This document shows, one piece after another, positions 8,248 to 18,449 of a stretch of DNA of 51,967 nucleotides. A program made the position numbers and the translations under genes. Under the pieces are notes generated by a model that ran no database searches, was not told the origin of the DNA, and saw only the letters and a list, made by a program, of their open reading frames with translations. How positions within the stretch are numbered: the stretch's first letter is position 1; every line of letters starts with the position of its first letter. The stretch spans positions 1-51,967 of IMG/VR virus record IMGVR_UViG_3300044798_000130; one strand, written 5' to 3'. This DNA is from a virus (Duplodnaviria > Caudoviricetes).

Positions 8248-8679
8248 TCAGTCCCCGGTTTTGAACGCCTTTCCGCCCATACCAGGGTTCTTAGCCATGT
8301 GACATTCGGGATTTATTCCGTAAGTCATCATATATGATCTCTTTTTCATTGGTTTCCCTCCCGATCCGGGACGATAGAACGTGACGCCTAGATCTGTATA
8401 GGAGCCGTTAGGTATTTGTTCCTGGGTGGAATCCAGCATAGGCACGCAGCCACAACAATCATCTGGTTTTTCGGACTCCTTCACGATCCACTCTTCCAGC
8501 TCTGCCCCGTCTGTTGGGGTACCATCTGGCAGTACCAGGGCACGGCAACATTCTGGACAACTTATCAGGATCTTGCCGCCCGTGTCTTTCTTGTGCTGAA
8601 CAGCGAGTTTGATATCTCGCGCCTTGATTGTGATTGGGTTTTCACATACAGGGCAGTCGATTTTGATGTCATTAGCCAT
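8248..8679 (-). CDS. Cys-rich Zn-binding protein of unknown function
   Basis: CPVC, CPECC, CCGC motifs; GGAG RBS. Confidence 0.7.
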   Translation of the reverse strand: MANDIKIDCPVCENPITIKARDIKLAVQHKKDTGGKILISCPECCRALVLPDGTPTDGAELEEWIVKESEKPDDCCGCVPMLDSTQEQIPNGSYTDLGVTFYRPGSGGKPMKKRSYMMTYGINPECHMAKNPGMGGKAFKTGD

Positions 8680-8802
8680 TATTATTTCTCCGGTAATTTT
8701 CTTCTCTGCTATCCTTTTGTGACTTTCGCCAATTTGCCAGACAGATCGGGAAAGGGGATTCTAAGGCGGGCCGTAAGTGGCCCGCGCATTGTAGAAATGT
8801 CT

Positions 8803-9348
8803 CTATAGGTATAACCGCCTGAGAAATTCGCGTCCGCTGAGTTTGCTAAATGCTGTAACCTTCTTAATAACATACCGATTTGTGAGATATTCAATCTCAC
8901 CGCCAACCACGCAAAGAGCATCGGCAGTAAGGACCTGTGCCAAAGATTGTGACCAGGAGCCGGAGGAGTTTTGGTACATTTGGGTGCTATCCATCCAGCG
9001 ACAGAGGAAAGCAGTTAGCACTTCTGAGGTGATTGGTTGCCCGCCCGTATCCACGCACTCGATTAGAATATTGCAATCCAGACCCGATGTAGTAACCGTC
9101 GGGACGGCGGTTAAGTTCGTGGTTGAATTTTTGGCGGCGGTCTGGATGAAGGATACTTTTTCAGAATTTATGAAAGCATCCCCGGCGCAATCCGTGTGGC
9201 CAGTGGTTGGTGATACCGTTATCCTGCATCGAAATGCCCCGGTTGGCTTTGTGCCCGTTAGAACCAAGGACGCGGCAGATGGACCGTTAAAAAGAGTCCA
9301 ATTGGATTTTGTCACGCGGTAAGCCGTACTTTTCAGCCCTGGCACCAA
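8803..9348 (-). CDS. Putative head closure/stopper protein with insertion
   Basis: Follows the adaptor; C-terminal beta-barrel-like ...YVIKKVT...RLYL. Confidence 0.45.
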   Translation of the reverse strand: MVPGLKSTAYRVTKSNWTLFNGPSAASLVLTGTKPTGAFRCRITVSPTTGHTDCAGDAFINSEKVSFIQTAAKNSTTNLTAVPTVTTSGLDCNILIECVDTGGQPITSEVLTAFLCRWMDSTQMYQNSSGSWSQSLAQVLTADALCVVGGEIEYLTNRYVIKKVTAFSKLSGREFLRRLYL

Positions 9349-9354
9349 TTAGAA

Positions 9355-9945
9355 TCACCTCGTAGATGTCGAAATATCAGAACTATATGCAATACTGCCA
9401 AACGTTAGCTCGACCGCTCCACCCAAATAGCCTTTCATCAAGCGGTAAGCCTCCGAACTCAGGAGACCGTTGTGCTTCTCTGGGTTGGAAGCAGCCAATG
9501 TCTCTGAGTACACCCCGCCAAGGTTGTAAATCTGGACTCCCTGCTCTTTCATGGCTTGTCTATCGGTGTTGTCCGAGTCCGCGAAGAATTTGTAAAGAGC
9601 TATTGCCTCTTCACAGCAGGCATCTTTGACATTTTGTGGCACAATTGGCAGACCGGTATCCTCATCCCAATCATGCACCTTGCCGTCAATCACTCGCGGG
9701 AAGGCGAGTGCCTGCTCATCGGCATCAATTGTGGTATTTCTATTATAGATGTAATATGTCAGTCCGGCAAATGGCATAGCGTCTATTGTTTTTGTGGCTC
9801 TCGTCAGATACCAGGCCATGCCAGAAACGAGCGCCAGAAATGCAGTTGCTCTCGGATCGCCTGAGAAATATGCGCCCGCCGAGGCAACCGACACATACGA
9901 ATCGGTGGAGGCGGCAATTGGCGTTAGCGTCCCTGATCCACTCAT
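9355..9945 (-). CDS. Head-tail adaptor (DnaT-like family)
   Basis: DSYVSVASA..YF, ATKTID, QALAFPR, VPQNVKDACCE motifs. Confidence 0.75.
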   Translation of the reverse strand: MSGSGTLTPIAASTDSYVSVASAGAYFSGDPRATAFLALVSGMAWYLTRATKTIDAMPFAGLTYYIYNRNTTIDADEQALAFPRVIDGKVHDWDEDTGLPIVPQNVKDACCEEAIALYKFFADSDNTDRQAMKEQGVQIYNLGGVYSETLAASNPEKHNGLLSSEAYRLMKGYLGGAVELTFGSIAYSSDISTSTR

Positions 9946-10919
9946 GTAACCACCTCGGCATCTGCGATTGGCTCATCATAGTTGGGCGCAAATGCCAAGA
10001 TGTAATAGGTTCCTGGCACTAGGCGGAATGTGGCGATGCCTGCGCTGTTTGGGATCGCGGTTTTTTCTAATACAGTGCATGCCACGTCGGAATAAGCTTC
10101 TACCGTGGCTCCTGATATGGCAGCATGCGTGACAGAATTCGTGACTGCATAAGTCCAAGTCACTGATCCAACCGGATCAGAACCGGACGCAGCGATCGCG
10201 ATAAGTTGTGTACTGTTCGAATCGATCTCCTGGCGGATTTGTACCACGGTTGGGGCAAATCCTGCCTTGTCAGTCAGAGCGCGGGTTGTCTCGCTCCAAA
10301 CTTTTGTAGAGATCTCTTCTTTCGTTGGCGGAACCGCCGCCAATGTCATCACAGACCCGACCGCAGCGGGTGACGCCGGGAGGGCATTCACTTTCGCCAG
10401 AAAACCGGCGTGTGTGCCAATTGCCTCATCACAAACCGCGTCTGCAATATCTTCTTTGGTAGGTGGTGCCGTTGCCAGTGCAAAGCCGGTCTTGTCGGAA
10501 ACGGTGACAGAAGCCGCATTCAGACTGGCCTTTTGCAGAGCGCCAAAATCAATGTTGGCTTGCTCATTGACCGCTGCCGGAAGGTTGCCGCTCACATCAG
10601 CCGCCGCTATGGTAGCTGCATACTTCTGCCCGGCTGGCTCAGTCCAGAGAGCACCGGGGCAGCCTATGACAATGACGTTTGCGGTTGCAGATACCGGGAT
10701 GAGTAGCAGCATATTGCCGTTTGTTTCCACATCAGATATATCGAAATAATAGTAGCCATTGGAAAGCTCTGTCGGGTTGGTATCATCTACCGGTTTGGTG
10801 CTACCTCCATCGATTCGCAGATTGGCGGTGATGTTGGCGGCATCGCCCGTCACCGGGCTGCCGCTCGTGCGCCCGAACGCAAAGCAAATCCAGCGTTGTC
10901 CGGATGTGTTTTTTAACAT
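9942..10919 (-). CDS. Virion structural protein with repeats and C-terminal beta-sandwich
   Basis: Ala/Thr-rich; repeated LATAPPTKEDI / LAAVPPTKEEI and TDK.GFA; AISGATVEAY...LVPGTYYI. Confidence 0.6.
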   Translation of the reverse strand: MLKNTSGQRWICFAFGRTSGSPVTGDAANITANLRIDGGSTKPVDDTNPTELSNGYYYFDISDVETNGNMLLLIPVSATANVIVIGCPGALWTEPAGQKYAATIAAADVSGNLPAAVNEQANIDFGALQKASLNAASVTVSDKTGFALATAPPTKEDIADAVCDEAIGTHAGFLAKVNALPASPAAVGSVMTLAAVPPTKEEISTKVWSETTRALTDKAGFAPTVVQIRQEIDSNSTQLIAIAASGSDPVGSVTWTYAVTNSVTHAAISGATVEAYSDVACTVLEKTAIPNSAGIATFRLVPGTYYILAFAPNYDEPIADAEVVT

Positions 10920-10920
10920 C

Positions 10921-11688
10921 TCAAATACCCCCGGCCATTAAGCGCCGATAGTATTGTTGCGCTTTGGGCCCCGGCAGTGTCGCCAGCCCCGGAAACGGAT
11001 CGGTGTCGTACATGCAGTACGGGAAAGCATAGAGGTACGCAACTTCCTCGGCGGAGAGGGCGCGATTGTAGATCATAATACATCCGATCAATCCCAAAAA
11101 ACCCGTAGTGCCTCCACCGTCTTGATAATTTCCAATTCTCAGGACATTTGGTACATTTGGAATTGCTGTAACTACTGTTGGACTGCCAATACCATCTATG
11201 TATATCACGCCAACCGTGTCTTTCAACGTCCCGGCAATTTGATGAGATATTCCAATAGTGGGCGCTGGGATCCGGGACAATCCATCAAGCCCTCCACCTC
11301 TGAGCCATATTGTATTCATATAAACAAACAAAGTCGCATTAGAGTTTACCTCCGCCTTGCTAACAATGGTTTTGTTGACATTGTAATTGAGAGAATTGAC
11401 CCATGAAATAATAGTCATTTCTGTAGATCGCTGATCAAATGATGCAATTTTAATGAAGTTATTACTCCCGTTGAACGCCAGCGCACCCCCACGTGGCCCC
11501 GGCACCCACCCGCTCGTGGGCGTATCTTCTCCGAAGCCTATCTTTGTGCCGTGATTTTCATTTCCTGAAGAATCATGAACAGTTGGGCCGCCATTCTCAT
11601 TGAACAGATATGAGGCCACCAAGTTCTGCGATGCCCAATGATCGCGGTTGAGCGGCGTATTGTAGAGCGGCTTGCAGATACCAGACAT
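10921..11688 (-). CDS. LamG/concanavalin A-like domain protein
   Basis: LVASYLFNE.GG..V.DSSGN.NHGT, TIISWV, IYNRALSAEEV. Confidence 0.85.
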   Translation of the reverse strand: MSGICKPLYNTPLNRDHWASQNLVASYLFNENGGPTVHDSSGNENHGTKIGFGEDTPTSGWVPGPRGGALAFNGSNNFIKIASFDQRSTEMTIISWVNSLNYNVNKTIVSKAEVNSNATLFVYMNTIWLRGGGLDGLSRIPAPTIGISHQIAGTLKDTVGVIYIDGIGSPTVVTAIPNVPNVLRIGNYQDGGGTTGFLGLIGCIMIYNRALSAEEVAYLYAFPYCMYDTDPFPGLATLPGPKAQQYYRRLMAGGI

Positions 11689-11689
11689 C

Positions 11690-12055
11690 CTAAGATACCT
11701 CAGAAAGCTCGATGCCTTCCACCCTCAGCGTCACATTCTGCCCGGTATTGCTTCCAGCGGTCACTTTCGCATATTTCGCATAGACCGGCAACGGTGCTGG
11801 CCAGGAAGAGACAACATTATTTCCAAGCGCGGACCCATATGCACCGCCCTGCTTGTACCAATTTGAATTATCTGCACTCCACCAAACTTGAGCGATGGCA
11901 GCAACGGTCGGGCCGGTTGTACCGTTAGTGATCTTGATCCCCAGGCCCGCTTGATATCCGTCCTGCAAATCAAGCACAGAAGACGTATAATCGGCGGCAC
12001 CCGCGGTCAAGGTCACGTTATCGGCCAGAACAGTTACGACTTTTGTAGTTGCCAT
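11690..12055 (-). CDS. Small beta-rich virion protein
   Basis: All-beta pattern, SADNSNWY; late operon. Confidence 0.55.
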   Translation of the reverse strand: MATTKVVTVLADNVTLTAGAADYTSSVLDLQDGYQAGLGIKITNGTTGPTVAAIAQVWWSADNSNWYKQGGAYGSALGNNVVSSWPAPLPVYAKYAKVTAGSNTGQNVTLRVEGIELSEVS

Positions 12056-12056
12056 C

Positions 12057-12290
12057 TCATTTCACCCGGTTTGCGGTCGTGGTCATTGCTGCCGATATGG
12101 TTTTTTCTTTGGTCTGCCTACCACGCCATTTCAGGAGAGCGGCTTCGGCCAGGAGCATGAACTTTGGCCGGGCTTCCTCGGAGCAGAGGTGGCGAGCAGA
12201 GAAGGCGAACGTGCTGCCATCCGGCTCCATCCATGTGGCGGTGATGCTGCCGCAATCATCCTTGCCTTCATCCAGTTTTACTTCTATTAT
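12057..12290 (-). CDS. Hypothetical protein (start uncertain)
   Basis: ORF fills the gap between structural genes; CAGGAGG upstream. Confidence 0.4.
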   Translation of the reverse strand: MIEVKLDEGKDDCGSITATWMEPDGSTFAFSARHLCSEEARPKFMLLAEAALLKWRGRQTKEKTISAAMTTTANRVK

Positions 12291-12350
12291 CCAAGCCAAA
12301 TCAAAGCCTCCTGTAGTTTATTATTACTCCAAAAAAAATAATTAAGAGAA

Positions 12351-13550
12351 TCAAATCCTCTTCATTCGCACAGTCATGACGCCGCCTGCCAATGTGGTCA
12401 GAGTGCCGGAAAAGTCCAATGCAAGACGTTCGGTGCTGTTTACCTTGCATAAGCCGCTGCCCGTGGCGGGAGTGCTGCTTATGATGGTGTTGGCCGTTCC
12501 CTTCAGGTTCACAACTGCCTGAATTACCGCCGATCCCTGCGCCGGTGTCTGCGTGCCGGTGCATTTCGTTAGGGTCAGATTGACGGGACTTGCATCATTT
12601 CCGGCCACGGTATGTACTTCAGATACCGCCACAACCTGCCAGGATGAGGTAGGAACAAAGACATTGGTATCCACAGAAGCCGCGCTTATGGGCACATTGA
12701 AGTCCCAATATTGGGGAACGATGACGCCGCCCACTGTCAACTTATCGACGGTGGTTACTGCTAGGGATTTGTCGGTATATACAGTCGTATTGCCCTTCAG
12801 GACCACGGCACCGCCGCCGGTCGTGGTTGTGGTCAGGCCAGCACCTAAGATATTGCCATTGAAGGTATTCGTTCCTAGTGGCGAACTGTAACCGCCCGTC
12901 ATGGCCGAGAAATCAACCACGCCACTTCCAGAGAGCCCGGTCAGGCTCTTATTAGCAGCGATGGTGATATCTTCAAGGATCTTTAGCGCGCCGGTTGATG
13001 TGGTTATGCCGGCCGTGCCTACCGTGATGCCAGACGCGCCGGATTGAACCAGGCTATAGCCGCTATCCTGGGTTATGGCTTTGGTAGTCATTGCCCCATT
13101 GATGTCCACTGCGCCGGTTCCTGATGTGATCCCGCCCGATCCTTGCTGAGTCAGGTTATATCCAGAATCCTGGGTGATCGCGCGCGTGGTCGCTGCCCCG
13201 TTGATATCGATTATGCCGCCGATGGTGCCGGTCCCCGTTGGCATCTTCCAAGCACCAGTGGCATTGGACCAATCGATACCGCCGCTGCCAGTGGTTGAAT
13301 ATAGGGAATGGTTGGCCGCGAATCGCAGATTGCCATCATAGACGCCACCGTTTACGGTCCCGCCGGTGATAGTAGCAATTCCAGCAATGGTTACATCGCC
13401 ATCTATGAAGCTATCAGCATCTCCCACATCGAGCCCATGCCCGATGAGATAGCCGGCGGTGGAATAATTCTCACTCCGGGGATACCACTGAGCCCCGGTC
13501 AACCCGGACACTAGAACAAAGATTGCCAAAAAGATAAGAAGTTTTCTCAT
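12351..13550 (-). CDS. Signal-peptide-bearing Gly/Thr-rich protein with decoration-like C-terminal beta domain
   Basis: MRKLLIFLAIFVLVSGLTGA; tandem DINGA.TT.AITQDSGY repeat; immediately after MCP. Confidence 0.75.
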   Translation of the reverse strand: MRKLLIFLAIFVLVSGLTGAQWYPRSENYSTAGYLIGHGLDVGDADSFIDGDVTIAGIATITGGTVNGGVYDGNLRFAANHSLYSTTGSGGIDWSNATGAWKMPTGTGTIGGIIDINGAATTRAITQDSGYNLTQQGSGGITSGTGAVDINGAMTTKAITQDSGYSLVQSGASGITVGTAGITTSTGALKILEDITIAANKSLTGLSGSGVVDFSAMTGGYSSPLGTNTFNGNILGAGLTTTTTGGGAVVLKGNTTVYTDKSLAVTTVDKLTVGGVIVPQYWDFNVPISAASVDTNVFVPTSSWQVVAVSEVHTVAGNDASPVNLTLTKCTGTQTPAQGSAVIQAVVNLKGTANTIISSTPATGSGLCKVNSTERLALDFSGTLTTLAGGVMTVRMKRI

Positions 13551-13560
13551 CTTTTCAACC

Positions 13561-14571
13561 TCACGGCTTCAGGACAGCGAATGGGGATCTGCTCGCGGTT
13601 CCAGCGATGTCCACCGGTATGGGGCAGCACCAGCCTATTCGGCATGTGGCCTTCAGGAGAATAACATCCTGTTGCATTGCATTGATCAAGACAACCCCAG
13701 CTGCATCGGTGACCACGCCAGTATCCGTCATGGAAAGCTGAATATCCTGTCTCCATGCATAGAAGGCCTTCTTCCAGTTACCCGCGATCATCAGGGCAGT
13801 GCTGGCATCAAGGCTGTCATTCTGGAGGAAATTGACATCTACACCGGCGAGGGAATATTTCGGAGTTCCCTGACCATTTTCCTGTGCCCATAATGGTATG
13901 CCGTCAGAAGACCGTATGCCACGCATTACCGCCTTCTGGCTGAGATCGGCTACAATGCCATCCACGTTGTACCTCTTGCCCTCCACCAGGCCAAAGAGGC
14001 CACCTACGCCCAAAATGGCATCATACATGTCCACGAAGGTTTTGCCAGATCCGACGGAATCGGATTTGTCAATCACCATGCTATTGTCGGTGGCCGTATG
14101 ATAGATGCTGTCGGGGAAGGCAGCCGGTGCATTGGTATCATCCCACATCACGGCCTGGTCGAATTTACGGGCTATGGACTCGGCCAATCTGGGCTTGATT
14201 TCCGCCCACAGGTCGAAGCCATCTGCAAGATCTGCGATCATATCCTTGGGGATTGGGACCACAACGCCCATTTTCGCGGCGGTGATTGTCGAATTGGTCC
14301 AGCCCTGCTTCGTGGTCTGGAGAAGACCGCCAGCTACTTCGGGCGAGGTGCCGTCGCCTGCCTCAGTGTCCACCCAATAGGCTTCGGGATACAGGGACAT
14401 AACGGCCCGGCTCTCGATTTTGGTGGACATATTGGGCTCTCTCTTCATCAGGCCCATAATCGCGCTCTGCGTGATTGTTTCCTGGATCACACCCGGAACA
14501 TATTTCGGGTTGATCATGCCTGCCGTCACCAAACCGGATCGGGCCAATACTTCATCGTAAGTTGCTACCAT
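13561..14571 (-). CDS. Major capsid protein (HK97 fold)
   Basis: AYWV, AKMGVVVPI, LAESIARKFDQAV, DGIPLW, GNWKK, NAMQQD motifs. Confidence 0.92.
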   Translation of the reverse strand: MVATYDEVLARSGLVTAGMINPKYVPGVIQETITQSAIMGLMKREPNMSTKIESRAVMSLYPEAYWVDTEAGDGTSPEVAGGLLQTTKQGWTNSTITAAKMGVVVPIPKDMIADLADGFDLWAEIKPRLAESIARKFDQAVMWDDTNAPAAFPDSIYHTATDNSMVIDKSDSVGSGKTFVDMYDAILGVGGLFGLVEGKRYNVDGIVADLSQKAVMRGIRSSDGIPLWAQENGQGTPKYSLAGVDVNFLQNDSLDASTALMIAGNWKKAFYAWRQDIQLSMTDTGVVTDAAGVVLINAMQQDVILLKATCRIGWCCPIPVDIAGTASRSPFAVLKP

Positions 14572-14575
14572 ATTA

Positions 14576-15085
14576 TCATCTCGCGGTTGGGCTTCCCACG
14601 CCGGCCAACATCCTCAGAGCAGCATTCATTTCATCATTTTCTGTCTGTAGCTGCCCAGCAGTTACTGGCGGCACGGGCTTGCCCGCATCATGCTTGATCC
14701 CTAGCTTTTTCCGCAAGGCTTCGGCATGTGTCTTTAGGCTCGCTTCGTCCATGCCCTTCAGCTCCTCGATCCAATCAGCGGGGAGACCAGCTTCCTTGCC
14801 AATCTTCTGCCGGAGATCTCCGAGTTCGTAGCTTGTGAGCTTGGTTTTGAGTCCTTGGATCTCTGTTTGTGTTGTTCCAAGGGAGTTTTCCAAAGCGGCT
14901 GCCCGTTGCAGAGCACTTTCAAGCTCTGTCTTTGGGACATAATTTGCCAGCTTGCGGTTCAACGATGCCTGGTACTGCTGCTCAGTCTGGAAGACTTTGT
15001 AGGGACCGGGCGTATTCACTACAGGGTCCGCAATGGGAACGGCTGGAGTGGTTGGAGTGCTAGGGTCTTCTGTCATGGTAATCAA
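14576..15085 (-). CDS. Capsid scaffolding protein
   Basis: Coiled coil, GLPA...LKG.DE..LK..AE.L pattern; directly upstream of MCP. Confidence 0.75.
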   Translation of the reverse strand: MITMTEDPSTPTTPAVPIADPVVNTPGPYKVFQTEQQYQASLNRKLANYVPKTELESALQRAAALENSLGTTQTEIQGLKTKLTSYELGDLRQKIGKEAGLPADWIEELKGMDEASLKTHAEALRKKLGIKHDAGKPVPPVTAGQLQTENDEMNAALRMLAGVGSPTAR

Positions 15086-15297
15086 TCCGGGGCTTTAGAG
15101 CACATCGGATATAGAATTAAAACCTATTATTGAAAAAGGATAATTGACTGCTATCAACACGGCTTAGGCTTTCCGCCTTTAGGCTTCTTTTTCGCCATCT
15201 GATCCTCCAGATTTCTTTCTGCGTTTGGGCTTTTCTGGCTCACTCGTTTCTGGAGTGGCTACCTTCTGCCTTCTCGGATTACTACTTGGGTATAGCG

Positions 15298-16659
15298 TCA
15301 TAACATCCCCCCTTGCATCGATTTCATTTCATCAGTTTCTGTAAGAATTTGTTTTTCTGTGAATCCTCTTTCCCTCATGATACCTTGCGGGCTACGTGCG
15401 CCGCCTGTAATCTTCATGGTGTCAATCTGAGCTTCCTCATAATCGTCATCTGGCAAGCCATCTTTCCATATGATGTCCAGGGACGTTAGCGGAACGGCGC
15501 CAGGTACCTTGTTCTTGACATCGAGAATCGAGATCGCTTCAAGAATATGCTTAAACACCGGATCATATTGCAACTTGCACCGCTCGGATTTCTTTAGCGG
15601 CCTCATCATGAGCATCCTCAGGGCCTTGCCGCTAATCGCATTTCCCAGCGTGTCCGGCTCAAAGGCGCATCTGCATGTCTCTGAAATGGTATATAGCTGG
15701 GTGAGCACCTTATCGATCAGAGTAAAAGATGCTACCAACTGTCCGTCCCATGTGATGTATTGAGGGACAGCATCGCCTTCGCCAATCGGGAAGACACGCC
15801 GCTTGGCATTATAGGCACGCTCGTTGGTGATGGGGTCTGGCGGGCCAAGGGCAGCATCAGGAACGGCGAACGCTGGCTCGCTGTGAGCATCTAGTGTCCT
15901 ACCAGATCGGGTGAAGGTGATCTCCAGTCGCTTGATCATCGGATCAATATCTTGATAATCATCCGTGCCGTAGATATCATCGGTGGTGCTTGCATTCAGT
16001 ATCGGGAATACCAGTGGCTCATCGAATCCCGTTTGGACTTCGACAATATCATAAGGATCTGATATGATTTCACCCTGGTCGGATAACGCAAACTTGCAAC
16101 TCCAGATAAGCCCGCCGCTATGGATCTCCACATCCAAGATTTTGTTATCAAGCGACCAAGCAATCACATGCCCGACCGCCTCACCATCCGGCCCAACCAC
16201 CGGCCACCAATTCTTAGGAGATACTATCTGAAGTTTGGCGGGCTTGCCCTCTTCTGCATAGACTTTTGCGACACCGGCACCGTATCGGCTCATATCGATT
16301 CTGGCAGCATAGGCTTTCGACCAGAGATTGAGCCTCGGAACTAGGGAATCCAGATAGATTTGCTCTGGTGTCGCGACCTCGCTTGTAGCGATTCCCACCT
16401 TCATGGTGGGCTTTTCAGATAGCAGAAGATCGGCCCAAAATGTGGATAGCTGCTTATGGAAGTTGATAATGAAAATGATTTTGTTGAAATCCTTCTCACG
16501 GTCAGCATACAGATTTTTGAGGATCGTATAGACCTCATCATGCTTGCGCTGCCATAGAAGAAGGTTATCGGCATAGATTTTGAGCCGATCCTTATCCTCG
16601 GCGGGCGGCCAAGGCTTACCGCGCATAAAATGCGATTGGAGATTGTCTGGAGTGATCAT
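15298..16659 (-). CDS. Portal protein (SPP1 gp6-like)
   Basis: INFHK, YGTDDY.DI, YITWDGQL, SGKALR, IWKDGLP motifs; follows TerL. Confidence 0.9.
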   Translation of the reverse strand: MITPDNLQSHFMRGKPWPPAEDKDRLKIYADNLLLWQRKHDEVYTILKNLYADREKDFNKIIFIINFHKQLSTFWADLLLSEKPTMKVGIATSEVATPEQIYLDSLVPRLNLWSKAYAARIDMSRYGAGVAKVYAEEGKPAKLQIVSPKNWWPVVGPDGEAVGHVIAWSLDNKILDVEIHSGGLIWSCKFALSDQGEIISDPYDIVEVQTGFDEPLVFPILNASTTDDIYGTDDYQDIDPMIKRLEITFTRSGRTLDAHSEPAFAVPDAALGPPDPITNERAYNAKRRVFPIGEGDAVPQYITWDGQLVASFTLIDKVLTQLYTISETCRCAFEPDTLGNAISGKALRMLMMRPLKKSERCKLQYDPVFKHILEAISILDVKNKVPGAVPLTSLDIIWKDGLPDDDYEEAQIDTMKITGGARSPQGIMRERGFTEKQILTETDEMKSMQGGML

Positions 16660-17948
16660 TAGTATGCCTTCCTGAATATTCTTCGCGCCGCATAACGTGT
16701 GGCGTCAAGCACATGGTCATCTTTTTTGATAGGTTTGTCTTCCCCAACCAGAGCCGCCTTAAGATCCCATGAGTAAGTTTGAATTTCCCCTATCAGATGC
16801 TTGCAGGATTCATGAATTAGCAACTTGCCGGAACTGAGCGCAGAAGCCACATCCATGATTCCAGCTTGAACTGCATTGTCAGCATCCTTCATATTCATCA
16901 GGCCATCGCGCTTGAATTGCACTTTCATAGGACTTGCTGAGGGATCGACTTCTATAGACGATGGATACCATTGACCGCCTTCTCTGGCCAGGAATGTTTT
17001 CATGTCCTTGGAGAATTCGAATGTGGTCTTCGCGACCATTTTCGTAGCATCGTGATAATATTCCTTCCATGCTATCCATTTGCCGGTATGTGGTCCAGTT
17101 GATGCCCGCCCGAGCATGATATATGTGGTTACTGAGGCTGCTCCGAAGTCCACCCCAACCACAAGATTGCTCCAAGAAGCTGGCAAATCATGAATAACAT
17201 GCTTGCTGATATCGAACATGTTATAGACCAGGCCTTCTGCTAGGCACCACTCGCCCAGGATGTAGCGACGATAGAATATTGATCCTTTGGACCAGCGCCT
17301 TTCGTATCTTTCTCTCGTTTTCTGACTGAGGGAGAGATTGTCATCCATCAGAAAATGTAGATGAAGGAGCTTCTTCTGGTCTAACTTCTGCAAATAATCG
17401 GTATTTATGTAATTGTACGGGCCGTCTGGGTTACAATTGTACCAGAACTTCGAATCCTCATCAGAACACCTGCCTTCTGCCTGGTTGACGAAAGATTGCG
17501 GCATAAGTGCAACTTCATCGAATAGGAATCCGCCCCCTGTAAATCCTTGCACGGGGTCTTGAGACTTTTCGTTGTTGCCACCGAAAAGATGAAACTGATT
17601 AGTACGCCTGCCCTTGGATATTTCCAGATGGGGCATTTCGGCACTTCTGTTATCTTTAACCTTATAGCCTCTTCCTGGCAAGACTTGTTTCAGCGGACCT
17701 ATAACGTTCCTTCGCAGGGCACCTAGGGTCTTACCTGCCATCCCTAGGTTGTGGCCATTATATGTCCGCATGGCCCATTCTACGTAGGCGGTTGACATTG
17801 GCAGCGTTTTGCCTGATCTTATCGCCCCATCCGCAATGATGCCATCGAAATCAGATACTTCGCTTTCAGGGAGCGTCCAATTCATTATCATCTTCTGTTT
17901 CTGGCTGAGTGGTTGCCAGGTGAACAGCGCGGGCGTCTTTCCAGTCAT
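16659..17948 (-). CDS. terL: Terminase large subunit (PBSX-like)
   Basis: GAIRSGKT Walker A, FLFDE Walker B, CNPDGP, GVDFG, DDHVLDATRY nuclease motifs. Confidence 0.95.
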   Translation of the reverse strand: MTGKTPALFTWQPLSQKQKMIMNWTLPESEVSDFDGIIADGAIRSGKTLPMSTAYVEWAMRTYNGHNLGMAGKTLGALRRNVIGPLKQVLPGRGYKVKDNRSAEMPHLEISKGRRTNQFHLFGGNNEKSQDPVQGFTGGGFLFDEVALMPQSFVNQAEGRCSDEDSKFWYNCNPDGPYNYINTDYLQKLDQKKLLHLHFLMDDNLSLSQKTRERYERRWSKGSIFYRRYILGEWCLAEGLVYNMFDISKHVIHDLPASWSNLVVGVDFGAASVTTYIMLGRASTGPHTGKWIAWKEYYHDATKMVAKTTFEFSKDMKTFLAREGGQWYPSSIEVDPSASPMKVQFKRDGLMNMKDADNAVQAGIMDVASALSSGKLLIHESCKHLIGEIQTYSWDLKAALVGEDKPIKKDDHVLDATRYAARRIFRKAY

Positions 17949-18435
17949 CTTTTGCCGTTGCCTTGAGTGCTTCTATCATGCCGTCGGATTCTACATCGTT
18001 GCCAGCATCCGGGCTTATCTTTGCCATAACTTCTATGATCTTAACTTGTGGCGCTATGCATTGCCCGAATACAGCTAGATTATACGGGTTCGTTGGTGGT
18101 GCCTTCCGTCCAAGCGAAAGATCAATAGCTTCCTGTGCATCGTCCCACACTTTTTGCTGGCAGGTCAACAGATCCAGCCCCGCCTTCCCGTCCATTCGCG
18201 CCTTAGCAACCATCACCTGGCTGACATAGTGCGCCTTATGTGGCACACCATGCTTATCATTGCCAATTCCAGCATGCCTATTCATGGTCAGGCGGCAACA
18301 CCCAAAGTCTTTCGCGATAGACATGATCGAATCGCCCCGGACTATCCTCTGATTGATGGCATGTCGCTGTGGTGAAGCGCATATGCGGCATTTAGGAGGT
18401 TTGGGCTTGGGTTTGATGCGAGGGATTTTGGGCAT
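17866..18435 (-). CDS. terS: Terminase small subunit
   Basis: CRIC + HTH (SIAKDFG...MNRH); overlaps the terL start. Confidence 0.7.
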   Translation of the reverse strand: MPKIPRIKPKPKPPKCRICASPQRHAINQRIVRGDSIMSIAKDFGCCRLTMNRHAGIGNDKHGVPHKAHYVSQVMVAKARMDGKAGLDLLTCQQKVWDDAQEAIDLSLGRKAPPTNPYNLAVFGQCIAPQVKIIEVMAKISPDAGNDVESDGMIEALKATAKDDWKDARAVHLATTQPETEDDNELDAP

Positions 18436-18449
18436 GGTGGTAGGTCCGA

